Below, piece after piece: positions 39,783 to 50,647 of a stretch of DNA of 64,000 nt. Within the stretch, counting starts at the first letter, position 1; each line of letters begins with the position of its first letter. A program made the translations under genes and the position numbers. The stretch lies in assembly GCA_963832745.1 (NCBI GenBank), contig CAWHVC010000001.1, forward strand, positions 576,001 to 640,000, written 5' to 3'. The notes under the pieces are model-generated. The model made no database searches. It was not told the origin of the DNA and was given only the letters and a program-made list of their open reading frames with translations. This DNA is from Candidatus Bathyarchaeota archaeon (GTDB lineage: Archaea > Thermoproteota > Bathyarchaeia > Bathyarchaeales > Bathycorpusculaceae).

Positions 39783-41147
39783 TCAATTAAGTTTTGTAAA
39801 AGCCCAATCAGTCACATACTCGAAAGGTCTCCCAATAATGCTGTAACCTGTCTCACCAACGTGTTTTCTGCATTTGAACTGCAGTTGGGCTTTGCCTATG
39901 GCGAATTTTAGTTTTCTTTCACTAAAACCTGAATCACACAGCAGCTTGTGACGGATTAAACTCCAGTTTTTGGGTTCTTCCCAGTTAGCGGCAGAAACGG
40001 CGCCGACATGTTTAACTCGGTCATGCAGGGGCGTTCCAGGAATTGGGTAAGGCAAAGTAAAAGACAAATAATCCAGCGGCAGCTTGGTTGCAAAACGTAT
40101 CGTTTCAAGAATCGACTTATCATTCTCTCCGGGATACCCGATGATAAAGAAGGCACCAACTTTAAGTCCTGCTGCTTTAGCAGCAAAAACAGCGTGCCTA
40201 GCCTGAAAAACGTTGACACGTTTATGCATAAGATTAAGGATGCGGTCGCTGCCTGATTCAATCCCGAAAAATACACGTTCACACCCAGCCCGCTTCATAC
40301 AAGTAGCAACATCCAAATCAACCGTGTCCACACGAGACAAGCACTCCCAACCCAGCCGCAGGCGCCTTTTAACCAGCAAATCACACACCTGCAAAATTTG
40401 CTCTTTATCCAAAGTGAAGCAGTCGTCAGCAAACCAAACCCGCTCATACCCTAAACGTTCAACCTCATCAGCCTCCGCCACGATGTTTTCTGGCGAACGC
40501 ATGCGAAGGTGTTGACCAAAAACGGGACGGCTACAGAAATCGCAGCTAAAAGGGCAGCCTCGGGAAGAAATCATTGGAGTAGTTGTGTAACCGAAATGCT
40601 TAGCGTAATAAGCTTTGTAGTGGCTGTCATCGAAGAGGTCGCGGCTTGGAAAAGGCAAAGCATCCAAGTTCTCGATGAACCCACGTTGGGCTGTGTGAAC
40701 TGCGCGCCCATCCTTCTTGAAAACAATCCCGCGCACCCCACTAACATCTGAACCCTGCTCAATGCAGCCTGCAAGTTCAACAATCGTTTCTTCTCCCTCA
40801 CCTACAACGGAAACGTCGAAAACGTCTAAGAAGCCTTCAGGGTCAAGCGTCGGCAAAGGTCCGCCTACAACAAGCAAGTTGCAGTCATCACGTAGCAGTC
40901 GAGCAAGTTCCATTGTGGTTTGTTTCATTGAAAACATTGAGTAGAATCCGAGAATTTGAGGTTTGGACTGCCGGATTTGTTGGACTGCTTGTTGTTTTGT
41001 TAAAAATGTGCAGTCTACAAGGGCGACACTAAAGCCTTTTTGTTTTAAGGCGGATGCTAAGTATCCTAAGCCTAATGGTGGGAAACGGAAGATTGAGTTG
41101 TCCCTTTGAGGTTGAAAGAAAGGGTAAACCAGCGTTACGGTTACCAT
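39783..41147 (-). CDS. B12-binding domain radical SAM protein (class B methyltransferase-like)
   Basis: PPLGLGYLAS, VVGGPLPT, GEGE, SRGCPFSCDFC, ADDCFT, GIESG; ATG at 41147. Confidence 0.9.
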   Translation of the reverse strand: MVTVTLVYPFFQPQRDNSIFRFPPLGLGYLASALKQKGFSVALVDCTFLTKQQAVQQIRQSKPQILGFYSMFSMKQTTMELARLLRDDCNLLVVGGPLPTLDPEGFLDVFDVSVVGEGEETIVELAGCIEQGSDVSGVRGIVFKKDGRAVHTAQRGFIENLDALPFPSRDLFDDSHYKAYYAKHFGYTTTPMISSRGCPFSCDFCSRPVFGQHLRMRSPENIVAEADEVERLGYERVWFADDCFTLDKEQILQVCDLLVKRRLRLGWECLSRVDTVDLDVATCMKRAGCERVFFGIESGSDRILNLMHKRVNVFQARHAVFAAKAAGLKVGAFFIIGYPGENDKSILETIRFATKLPLDYLSFTLPYPIPGTPLHDRVKHVGAVSAANWEEPKNWSLIRHKLLCDSGFSERKLKFAIGKAQLQFKCRKHVGETGYSIIGRPFEYVTDWAFTKLN

Positions 41148-41341
41148 TAAAAACCACAAAACAAAGGTTGAGGACAGCGCCTCACAAGTTAATTGAGTGA
41201 AAATAGGCTTAAAAACCTTAACCAAAAACAAACCAACCAGCCATATTTCATGAAGGCTTCTTTAAGCAAAACTTTATTATGGATTGTTAAATTTTACAAT
41301 CGATTGAAAAAATCTCTATTAACAAATAATGCAGGGAAACT

Positions 41342-41980
41342 ATGGTTACATTGGCTGATTTAGGCTTCTGCCAAGACATAATCTGCGAAACCATACTCTG
41401 CACCTTCAATGCGGATGGAAGCCCAAACGCTGCGCCCATGGGCGTAACCATGCAAAACAACCAGCAAGTCTCCTTAATCATTTACAAGTCCTCAAAAACA
41501 CTGAAAAACCTGCAAACCACCAAAGCTGCCACATTAAACTTGACGGACAACATTGACGTTTACTACAAAGCAGCTCTGAAAGATGACGGATTGCCGGTAG
41601 AGTTGTTTGAAAAATCCGACATTGTAAACGCGCCAAAAATGAAAAAATCAAACGCTACTGTTGCATTAACAGTTGGAAACTTTACGCTTGTTGATGATAA
41701 AAGAATCAAAGTTACATGCAGTGTTAAGCAGATTGAGGCTTCAAAAGTGTACCCGCAAAGCTACTGTCGGGCGATGCCTGCCGTTCTTGAAGCAATAATC
41801 CATGCCACACGCATAAAAGTTTTAGCTGGCACCAAAGAGGAGCAGGAGCATGTGGCTAAACTTTTAAAGTTAATTCAAAACTGCAATGACGTGGTTAACC
41901 ATTCAGCCCCAGATTCGCATTACGCTGAATTAATGGCTAATTTGCAGAGAAAGATTGATTTATGGAGGGCTAAAACTTGA
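41342..41980 (+). CDS. DUF447 family protein (split-barrel, methanopterin-cluster associated)
   Basis: ETI..T...G.PNAAPMGV...SKTLKNL...RA..AVLEA.IHATR. Confidence 0.8.
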   Translation: MVTLADLGFCQDIICETILCTFNADGSPNAAPMGVTMQNNQQVSLIIYKSSKTLKNLQTTKAATLNLTDNIDVYYKAALKDDGLPVELFEKSDIVNAPKMKKSNATVALTVGNFTLVDDKRIKVTCSVKQIEASKVYPQSYCRAMPAVLEAIIHATRIKVLAGTKEEQEHVAKLLKLIQNCNDVVNHSAPDSHYAELMANLQRKIDLWRAKT

Positions 41981-42930
41981 AGGTTTACGTTAAAACTCCA
42001 TCACGACTACACCTTGGATTAATAGACTTAAACGGGAACCTTGGCAGAATGTTCGGCGGTTTAGGCGTCGGCATTGACCAGCCAAACATCATCATCCAAG
42101 CAGAATCTTCATCCGCACTAAAAGTTACCGGCAAAGAAACCAAGTTAGCCACCACACTTGCAAACCGCTTCTTCAAAACTTACCAAACAAAACCCAACGT
42201 ACACATCCACATAAAAGAAGCAATCCCAACCCACAGCGGTCTTGGCTCAGGCACCCAAATGGCACTTGCAATCGCCACAGCTCTCGGAAAACTGAACGAC
42301 ATAAAAGCCACAACGCCACAACTGGCTCTCGCCATGGGACGAGCAAAACGCACCGGCGTAGGTACTGCCATTTTCCAAGGCGGCGGCTTTGTGGTTGACG
42401 GAGGCAAAAAAACAGGCGAAAACGCAGGTTTTCCTTCGTTGATTTATCGGCAACCTTTCCCTGACGAATGGCGTTTTGTAATTGCAGTACCTAATGTTAA
42501 GAAAGGGCTATGTAATTCTGAGGAAACCTCCGCTTTTAACAAGCTGCCACCCATGCAGGAGGGAGAAGTAGCAAAAATTTGCCGCTTAACAATGCTTAAA
42601 CTGTTGCCTGCGCTTGCAGAGAAAGACATTGAAAGCTTCGGTGAAGCTTTAACGGCAATTCAAATTGTCACAGGCAACTATTTTGCCCACGTACAAGGGG
42701 GAACATACTCGAACAGGGAAGTCGCTGACACTTTAGAGTTCATTAAGGGTTTGGGCGTTCACGGGTTTGGTCAAAGTTCTTGGGGTCCAGCGGTTTACGG
42801 CGTCGTAAAAGAAGACCAATCCAAAGAGGCACTTAAAAAAGTTAAAACGTATCTTGCCCAAGGCGTCGGCGGAGAAGCTTTCGTAGCAAAAGCAAGCAAT
42901 AAGGGTGCAACAATCAAAATAACAAATTGA
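41977..42930 (+). CDS. mptG: Beta-ribofuranosylaminobenzene 5'-phosphate (RFAP) synthase, GHMP family
   Basis: TPSRLHLGLID, HSGLGSGTQ, GGFVVDGG, GQSSWGP. Confidence 0.88.
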   Translation: MKVYVKTPSRLHLGLIDLNGNLGRMFGGLGVGIDQPNIIIQAESSSALKVTGKETKLATTLANRFFKTYQTKPNVHIHIKEAIPTHSGLGSGTQMALAIATALGKLNDIKATTPQLALAMGRAKRTGVGTAIFQGGGFVVDGGKKTGENAGFPSLIYRQPFPDEWRFVIAVPNVKKGLCNSEETSAFNKLPPMQEGEVAKICRLTMLKLLPALAEKDIESFGEALTAIQIVTGNYFAHVQGGTYSNREVADTLEFIKGLGVHGFGQSSWGPAVYGVVKEDQSKEALKKVKTYLAQGVGGEAFVAKASNKGATIKITN

Positions 42931-42934
42931 ACGT

Positions 42935-44508
42935 GTGGTAAATTTGAAGGTTCTCTTAGTTACTGGCAGACTCGCGGAAGAAATGGTAAAAGGCTATGCA
43001 CTACAAGCACCTGTGGAAACTAAGGTTGTTGCACTAAATTATCCAGTTGCAGCCTTTCTAAATTCTGAAACAATCACAGCAGGCTTAAAAAACTGTAACC
43101 TGAAAGACGTTGACATGATTCTTACGCCCGGGTTAAGCCGTGGAGATACCAAAACCATTGCTGATTCGCTTGGTGTGCCAACGTTTAAGGGTCCAAGATA
43201 CGCCGCTGACCTGCCAACCGTGCTTGAAGTCATAGGCAAAGTCCAACTTTCAACTACCATACCCGCCTGCGACTTACTCCGAGACATCCTCACCGAGAAA
43301 GCATTAAAAGAAATTGAAAAAGCCGAACAAAACCGCGAAGAACTCATAAAACAGCCCGGCAGTATGCTGATTAAGAATTTAGCTGTTGGCAAGGACTTTC
43401 CAATGCGGGTTATGGCTGAAATCGTTGATGCAGCATTAATGGAAGATGAAGAGATTCAGTTTTTAGCTAAAAAATTCGCTTCAGAGGGAGCACACATAAT
43501 TGACGTGGGCATGATTGCAGGCAAGAGTGACCCTGAAACTGCTAAACGCATCGTCAAAGCCGTTAAAGCAGTGGTTGATATGCCAGTGAGCATTGACACG
43601 TTAAACCCTGAAGAAATCCATGCAGCAGTAGAGGCAGGGGCAGATTTGATTTTGAGTTTGGATGCGGGAAACATTGACAAACTTGCCGCCTTCGCCAAAG
43701 ATGTGCCTGTTGTGATTATTCCAACTAACCAGAGTGAAGGCTACTTCCCAAAGAAAGCCAGTGAACGCGTACAATTAATCGAAGAATTAATTGCTAAAGC
43801 CAAAAAACTTGGGTTCAACAAGATTCTTGCTGACCTGATTTTGGAGCCTTCAAACGTGCTGGAATCTTTCATTGCGTTTAAGGATTTTGGCGCAAGAACA
43901 TCCCAACGTGCCATTATTTGTTGGAGTAGCCAACGTTACCGAACTTTTTGACGCAGACTCCGTCGGCTTAAACGCGTTACTTGCAAGACTCTCCGCTGAA
44001 GTTAATGCAAGCATAATGCTGGCAACTGAGAAAAGCACCAAAGCAAAAGGAACCGTCAAAGAAGAAGTTGCCGCAGCAAAGATGATGTATCTTGCAAAAA
44101 AACGCGCTTCAGTGCCTAAGGATTTGGGCATCGATTTGCTTGTTTTGAAGGATAAGCGTTCACGCGAAGAACCATACAACCCGCGATTTAGAGCAGCAAA
44201 CAGATGGTCACAATTGCAGAAAGTGAAGGCTTGCCAGAGGAATTGGACAGCGCAGGAATGTTCAAAATCAGCCTCGACCGCAAAAACAACCTCATCGCAG
44301 CTGCATTGTCACGCGACACCACAATGGAAAAACCAATCAAAATCATCAAAGGAAAAACAGCAGAAGCACATCTACACTAAAATCGTCCAGATTGAGCTTA
44401 GTCACACGCTTAGACCATGCCGCTTACTTAGGAAGCGAAATTGCAAAAGCTGAAGTTGCCCTAAAAACAGGCAAAGAATACATTCAAGACAAAGAATTAT
44501 TCAAATAA
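42935..44508 (+). CDS. Dihydropteroate synthase-like protein (methanopterin pathway) with C-terminal DUF4346; about five 1-nt insertions
   Basis: [50 protein letters not shown]; corrected tail [18 protein letters not shown]...YIQD. Confidence 0.85.
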
Positions 44509-44514
44509 AAAAGG

Positions 44515-45333
44515 TTAGGCGTAAGCCTTTTTCGCGTTTTCTTTTTCATTTATTGGCGTCTCAAAAGGTAGCAGCGACCGCTTTACTGCAACGATCAAAG
44601 GTACACCTATTATTACTGCTATTAAGACCATTAGCAGACGTTCGAATGGATAAGCATAAAATGCTAAAGTCCATGTTGCTGCAAACTGTTCAACAGTCCA
44701 GTTTCCTATAGGAGGACCAAGTATTAACTGGAAAAGCAAGTTTCCTGTAAGGTGCTGCAGCATTGTTCCAATGAAGACTAAAACAGCTAAACTTAGGGTT
44801 AAACGGGGAATGTTGAATTTTTTAATGTTGTCTACTGCCTTGGCTCTTAGAGGTGATATCAGGACAATTAAAGCCACGACATGAAGCCACACGAAAGGTA
44901 CAGCTAATGAACCTACTTGAACTGTCAATAAAGTGTATGGACTTACTAAGAAGATTCCGAGCAAAACAGCATACAAGATTGTAACCGGTATCCATTTGCG
45001 TTTAATTAACAAGCCCATGGCTACACAGTTAAGAAACGCTGGAAGGAAATCTAAGCCAAGGAAAAATAATGGTTTACCTAAAGCTGCTGCAGAGAAGGTT
45101 CCAATTATTACGCTTATACCACCAGCGAAGGGTCCTAAAAGGATACCTAAAAGTGGGGCTAAGGCGTCTGCGAATGAAAATGTTGCAGGCATGCCTATCA
45201 TTGGGCCGAGGGGAATATACCGTAATATTGCGTATAGTGCTGAGAATATTGCTATTAATGCAATGTATTTTGTAGCGAATTTTGGGGTAAGATTTAGTTT
45301 CAACTTTTGCTTCTCCCTTGTAAATCTTTGCAA
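44515..45333 (-). CDS. ECF transporter S-component-like membrane protein
   Basis: IAIFSALY...PLLGILLGPFAG...IG pattern; 7-8 TM segments. Confidence 0.55.
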   Translation of the reverse strand: MQRFTREKQKLKLNLTPKFATKYIALIAIFSALYAILRYIPLGPMIGMPATFSFADALAPLLGILLGPFAGGISVIIGTFSAAALGKPLFFLGLDFLPAFLNCVAMGLLIKRKWIPVTILYAVLLGIFLVSPYTLLTVQVGSLAVPFVWLHVVALIVLISPLRAKAVDNIKKFNIPRLTLSLAVLVFIGTMLQHLTGNLLFQLILGPPIGNWTVEQFAATWTLAFYAYPFERLLMVLIAVIIGVPLIVAVKRSLLPFETPINEKENAKKAYA

Positions 45334-45514
45334 CGTTGTGTAAGTTTTTACATTGCATCATCGTATAAAAGATTTTCCAAACAAACCTGCCAGAAAAAAA
45401 CACGGAAAAGCGAAACAAAAATTCTCAAGAAAGCGTTTAAAACCTGTTTTTTTGGAAAAAACTTATATTCTGATACCTTACGATAAATAAAGGTAGAAAC
45501 GAGTTTTGGTTTAG

Positions 45515-46378
45515 ATGTCTTCTAGCAATTCTTCTCCACCTATTCTAGACAAAGATAGTTTAATCATAGTAGTCCCGCCAAAACTGTCACCGGACAGCCA
45601 ACCAAAAATTGAAGACTACACTCAACTACTTGAACAACTGGTAAAGCGACAAAAAAAACAATTAAAAGAAGCCGAAAGACTTGCAGCAATCGGGCAAACA
45701 GCAGGAATGGTTGGGCACGATATCCGCAATCCCTTACAAGCCATAATCTGTGAACTTTATTTGGCAAGGGTTGAAATACAGAATATGCCGCAGACCCAAA
45801 CAAAAAACGCCATTTACGAAAGCATAGCCTTCATTGAAGAACAAGTAAATTACATTAACAAAATAGTCAGCGACCTTCAAGATTACGCTAGACCCATTAG
45901 ACCCGAATTTAACGAAGTAAACGTCAGTGAAGTCGTTGAAGACTCAATCTCAACAACGGCATTCCCAAAAAACATCCACCTAAACGTACAGGCTGACAAA
46001 CAAATTCCCAAAGTAAAACTTGACCACATGCTGCTTAAACGGGTACTAGTAAATTTGATGACTAACTCTGTACAAGCTATGCCTAAAGGCGGCAAATTAA
46101 CCATAAAAACATTTATGGACGCTTGCAACGTAAAAATTTCTGTTGAAGATACCGGAATAGGAATTCCAAATGAAGTTAGGCACAAAATTTTTCAGCCGCT
46201 TATGACCACAAAATCGAAAGGTCAAGGCTTCGGGCTGGCAGTGGCTAAACGGTTGGTTGAAGCCCAAAATGGAACAATCAATTTTGAAAGTGAAAGAGGT
46301 GTCGGCACCAAATTCATGATTAGTTTTCCCTTAATATCAACGGGTAAGAACCTAAACCTGCTTGATTTCATGTGTTAA
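45515..46378 (+). CDS. Histidine kinase (HisKA + HATPase) without an obvious sensor domain
   Basis: ERLAAIG...VGHDIRNPL, NLMTNSVQAM, DTGIGI, GQGFGL. Confidence 0.9.
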   Translation: MSSSNSSPPILDKDSLIIVVPPKLSPDSQPKIEDYTQLLEQLVKRQKKQLKEAERLAAIGQTAGMVGHDIRNPLQAIICELYLARVEIQNMPQTQTKNAIYESIAFIEEQVNYINKIVSDLQDYARPIRPEFNEVNVSEVVEDSISTTAFPKNIHLNVQADKQIPKVKLDHMLLKRVLVNLMTNSVQAMPKGGKLTIKTFMDACNVKISVEDTGIGIPNEVRHKIFQPLMTTKSKGQGFGLAVAKRLVEAQNGTINFESERGVGTKFMISFPLISTGKNLNLLDFMC

Positions 46379-46470
46379 TTTGTTAACTTAGTGCCTTAAC
46401 TAGTAACCGCTTGCATAACAAATCTTATATTTAAGTGGCAGTTATTTTTTTACTGGAGTTCTGAAATTTT

Positions 46471-47451
46471 ATGGCAGTAAAAGTAACGCCAGAATATATT
46501 GACCTTCTAAATCGAGCAGTCGAACGTGAAATACAAGTTTCAATTCAATACATTCTGCAGCATGGAAAAATGGAAAAACTCATTAAAAGAGTATTACCTG
46601 AAAACATTCTCTTGGACCAAACAACTTACGACGCAGTAGGAAAAATCCTTCGCGACCTTGCAATAGTGGAAATGAAACACGCCGCTGACATCATGGAACG
46701 CATATACTATCTTGGTGGACAAGCAACAACAAAAGCAAGTACACCAAAAATCGGCAACAGCATAAGCGAATTTGCCAAAAACGGCGTCCAAGCAGAAGAA
46801 GAAGCCCTGACTCTTTACCGAGAAATAATTCAAACTGCAGAACAAATCGGTGACAGAAAAACAAAGGTTATGTTTGAAAAGATCTACAGTGAAGAAGAAG
46901 AACACCTTTTCAAATTCCAAGAATATGCAAACTTCAAAGATGAAAAGGAAGAACCAAGCAATGTACCTTTAGATGAATGGAGAAAAATTTACACTGATGA
47001 CTATTTTGCATTATTAAACAAGGCAGTTGCCGCTGAAATTACGGGAATTATCCAGTACACAAACCAGCATGAAAAGCAAGCATTCCTTGAACTGAGAACT
47101 AAAAATACTCCGCTTGAAACCGTAAAAGACACAAACAAAACCAAAGTTGTCAGCGACATTCTCAAAGGCATCTTTATGCAGGAAATGGATCACCTAGAAA
47201 AAATCAGTGAACGCATCTACCTGCTTGAAGGCGAAGCCACATACAAACCAGATCCGCTGCCAGTAATCGGAGGAAACGCGGAGGACTTCTTGCGTTTAGA
47301 CCACAAACTTGAAGCTGATACTATTCAGCTTTACCGCCAAATTATTGCTGAAGCACTAAAACGCCAGGACACAACAACAAGACGAATGTTCGAAGACATC
47401 ATAATCCAAGAAGAAGAACACTACTGGACATTTGACGACTTCGTAAAATAA
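46471..47451 (+). CDS. Tandem two-domain ferritin/bacterioferritin-like protein
   Basis: Two repeats of LNxAV..E....QY..QH, EMxH...ERIY.L.G, E.....Y and EEEH. Confidence 0.85.
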   Translation: MAVKVTPEYIDLLNRAVEREIQVSIQYILQHGKMEKLIKRVLPENILLDQTTYDAVGKILRDLAIVEMKHAADIMERIYYLGGQATTKASTPKIGNSISEFAKNGVQAEEEALTLYREIIQTAEQIGDRKTKVMFEKIYSEEEEHLFKFQEYANFKDEKEEPSNVPLDEWRKIYTDDYFALLNKAVAAEITGIIQYTNQHEKQAFLELRTKNTPLETVKDTNKTKVVSDILKGIFMQEMDHLEKISERIYLLEGEATYKPDPLPVIGGNAEDFLRLDHKLEADTIQLYRQIIAEALKRQDTTTRRMFEDIIIQEEEHYWTFDDFVK

Positions 47452-47469
47452 AGCACACTATTTGTCATC

Positions 47470-47526
47470 AAGCTTAGGCTCAAAAAGCCTATTGCTTAAC
47501 TATTTTTTAATATATTTTTAATTTTT
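47470..47526 (+). terminator. Hairpin followed by T-runs after the ferritin-like gene
   Basis: TAGGCT-caaaa-AGCCTA stem (47475-47491) followed by oligo-T tracts. Confidence 0.45.
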
Positions 47527-47682
47527 TGGTGCTATTCTGACCTGCCCACGAGATTCTGCATACAATCAATACAATCAATAGGTCCTAATAGGATACAAGA
47601 ACGCTGGCAAAAACCCAAAATCAACAGTCTAAACGTATTCTTCAACCATAGAACCTACGACTTCTTGAAAAAAAGAGATTGT

Positions 47683-48111
47683 TTAAGCAGGCGCCACATG
47701 GAGGACGATCATGTTTTCAGTCGCTGAAAATATTGTGACTTTTAAACCAAATGGAGTGTATGTTGCACCTGCAAAGGCAGAATAGCTTAACGTTTGTCCT
47801 TCTGAAGATACCTGCAGTAAATTCGCTTGGCCACCAGAAACAAATCTAAATTCGTAATTTATGCTGTTTTGGGTATAGTTGACGGATTGGTATAAAGCGA
47901 AGGTTAAGACGGTATAATTTTCAGAATTTTTAGGTGATTCTGAGAAAAGATTAGGCAGTGATGTGACTATAAGGTAGAAAGCGGATGAAGCTATACTTAT
48001 CACGAGAATCAGGGAGATTATCTTTTTAATATTGGATGTTTTTTCAGGTAATTTTTGACTTCCACGCGAGAACCTAAGCATTGTACTTTTCAACTTAATG
48101 GTTAAAAGCAT
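47683..48111 (-). CDS. Hypothetical membrane-anchored protein
   Basis: One TM helix followed by a beta-rich domain; start uncertain. Confidence 0.55.
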   Translation of the reverse strand: MLLTIKLKSTMLRFSRGSQKLPEKTSNIKKIISLILVISIASSAFYLIVTSLPNLFSESPKNSENYTVLTFALYQSVNYTQNSINYEFRFVSGGQANLLQVSSEGQTLSYSAFAGATYTPFGLKVTIFSATENMIVLHVAPA

Positions 48112-48243
48112 AGTTAAAAAATAAAAAAGTATCCTCTGAACGCTCCCTGTTAAGCTTACGGTTCTTGTGTTGCCTGAAAGGTGAATGTCATCGCTTGAGT
48201 TACTACTTGCTTTGGATGTGACTTATGTTTCGATTCAGTGAAT

Positions 48244-48499
48244 GTATTCTCGTGATTCGTAATTGCTTGAGGGTACAACTATGGGACCCCTGAGCATCAC
48301 TGTCCATTATTCAGTGCGTAATCGGCGGTTTTTGTTGGTATCAATTTGTTGTTTTATTGTTTGCTTCATTTGTGAGCAGTAAAAATTATCTTAAAAGTTA
48401 TATTTTTAGTACCTATTTTCTTGCAAAGAATTCTTTACAAACTTGCCATGCCCAGTAAACCTCAATCGCTTACTGACTTTGCAAAAATCACGAGAATAC
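48244..48499. repeat. 14-bp perfect inverted repeat pair in a divergent intergenic region
   Basis: GTATTCTCGTGATT (48244-48257) and AATCACGAGAATAC (48486-48499). Confidence 0.6.
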
Positions 48500-48558
48500 T
48501 TTTCAAAAATCAATAAATCGAATAGGGGTAGCTTGTTTGAACCCATGGAGAGAGAGAA

Positions 48559-50594
48559 TTGAAAAGAAAAACCAAAGCATTAGTCATCGCCACCATACTT
48601 ATCCCTCTAATAGTAAGTCTTATGGCTTCAACCGCAGGCTACGCAGCTAATACACAATCCGCAAACAAAGTGTTCATTGGTTTAAGCGGATATCCAACAA
48701 GCACATCTCAAATTGACAATATCATCGCAACAATGCAAGCAAATGGTATGAATACCTACCGCATGAGCTTCAACCCTACATGGGCTACTGGCTCACACGG
48801 ATACCATCAAGAATACATTCAATATTTCCTTGACCACAGCAACTTTAACATCATCGTAGACCGTAATCACCTGTATCCACCTACTGAAGCTTCTGCATCC
48901 ACCGCACGCAGCAACTGGGCAACTGTTGAAAGCAGCGTTTTTGCCGTGCTGAAAGCGTTCCCAAACAATCAACGTGTAATGGTGGAACTCATTAACGAGT
49001 ATGTTTCAAATGATTTCTACAGTCAGATGCAAAGCTTAGTTAATGATATCCGAGCGGAAGGTTACACAAATCCGATAGTAGTGGACAAATGGAACCAAGC
49101 GTGGACAGTAATAAATGACCCACTAGACAACACTTACCAAGGCTACCATTACTACTTTAACAGTTGGAGCGTATCTGGCGCAATCTCTCAAATGCAGACA
49201 GCACAATCTAAAGGCATCAAAATCATAAACACTGAAGTCGGCGCAGACTATAACGAACACAGCAGCTTCACTTCATCAACAGTCAGCGAACTAAACCAAT
49301 TCCTATCTCAATGCGCAAGCATGGGCATAGGCAACACTGTTTGGATGAACGAAAACCTAAACAACATGCCAACATACCAGCAACTTGGCCTAAAAATCCC
49401 ATCAGTTACAGCACCGACAAACCCATCAACTACACCTACGCCCACCCAGACACCTACACCGACTCCTACTCCGACATCAACTCCCCGAAAAAACCAACAA
49501 CAACTCCGACACCTACAGCCACCCCCCAACCAACTCAGACACCTACACCAATGCCAGAACTCGACTTCCCCACCCAAACCTGGCAAAGACTCTGGACAAC
49601 CCAAAACGGCCAATACTTAGGACAAACATATGAAACAGCACTGCAATTTGACACCAACTGGGGAAGCGGAACAGTAGCCTTTGACAAAACAGACGGCATA
49701 ATGTTTACTTCAAGCCGAACCATCACTTTAACAGAAGGTGCGTATACCTTCACCGTTGGCAGTGACGACGGCTTCAAACTCTACATTGACAATCAAATAG
49801 TAATGCAGAATTGGGCAGACCGATCATATAATACAAACAGCTACACAACAACCCTAACCTCAGGACAACACAAGTTCAGACTAGACTTTTTTGAAAACAG
49901 CGGTAACGCCAGGGTGTCCTTCGCATACCAAACGGAAGCAACTCCAACCCCAACTCCGAATCGACACCTACACCAACACAACCACCCAGCACAGGAAATA
50001 CAATCATTAACGAAGGGTTTGAATCAAACAACTTAGACAGCTGGAGCATAACAACTACAACCCATGATTCAATAATCACAGCCAACTTCGTTCCACAAGA
50101 GGGCAACTATCATGCACGCTTCTACACAAGCGGTTCTAGACGAGGAACCGAGAACGCGTTTCTAAGCAGCAACGTAAATCTTCAAACCGCTACAGCAACA
50201 GGACAATTCTATTTTAGCAGCTACCTAACAAAAACCATACTAGCCGACAACGGGGATAGAGTCAACCTAATACGCTTTGTCAACAGCAATGGAGACATCG
50301 CTTATGCAGGAATAATACGTGAAAATGGCGTCAACAAATGGTTACTCTACACAAACGGAGCCGTCAACCTACTCAGCAATAAACATCAACCTCGACAAAT
50401 ACTATACTGTATCGTTAAACTGGAATGCTGAACAACAAATAGCTGAAATGTACGTAAACGGCGTAAAAATTCTACAATCAAGCACCAGCAGCTACTCAGA
50501 AGTAACTAGAATCGACTTGGGGATAATATCTACCTACCGAGTGCAAAACCCACTAAACGTCTACGGCGACAACTTTAGCATAACAACAATCTAA
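48559..50594 (+). CDS. Secreted GH5/clan GH-A hydrolase + PT linker + PA14 + PT linker + jelly-roll domain; three frameshifts
   Basis: ELINEY, GYHYY, NTEVG; PA14 motif YTFTVGSDDGFKLYID; EGFESNNLDSW domain; ORF pieces join near 49485, 49960 and 50366. Confidence 0.7.
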
Positions 50595-50647
50595 AATTAA
50601 ATGCTGCTCCTAAAGAGCATGCATAAACCCTTTTTTCTCAAAATTTT

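Noticed and set aside
42935-44508. DHPS-like gene as a true pseudogene
   Set aside because: All motifs are intact after removing single extra bases and there are no nonsense codons; error is more likely
47560-47580. Short tandem repeat ATACAATCA x2
   Set aside because: Only two units in an AT-rich spacer; not informative
48244-48499. MITE defined by 14-bp terminal inverted repeats
   Set aside because: No target-site duplication, no second copy and no transposase in the window; kept only as a regulatory or inversion candidate
49420-49990. ACACC/ACTCC-rich repeats resembling a tandem array
   Set aside because: They encode Pro-Thr linkers of the GH-A/PA14 protein
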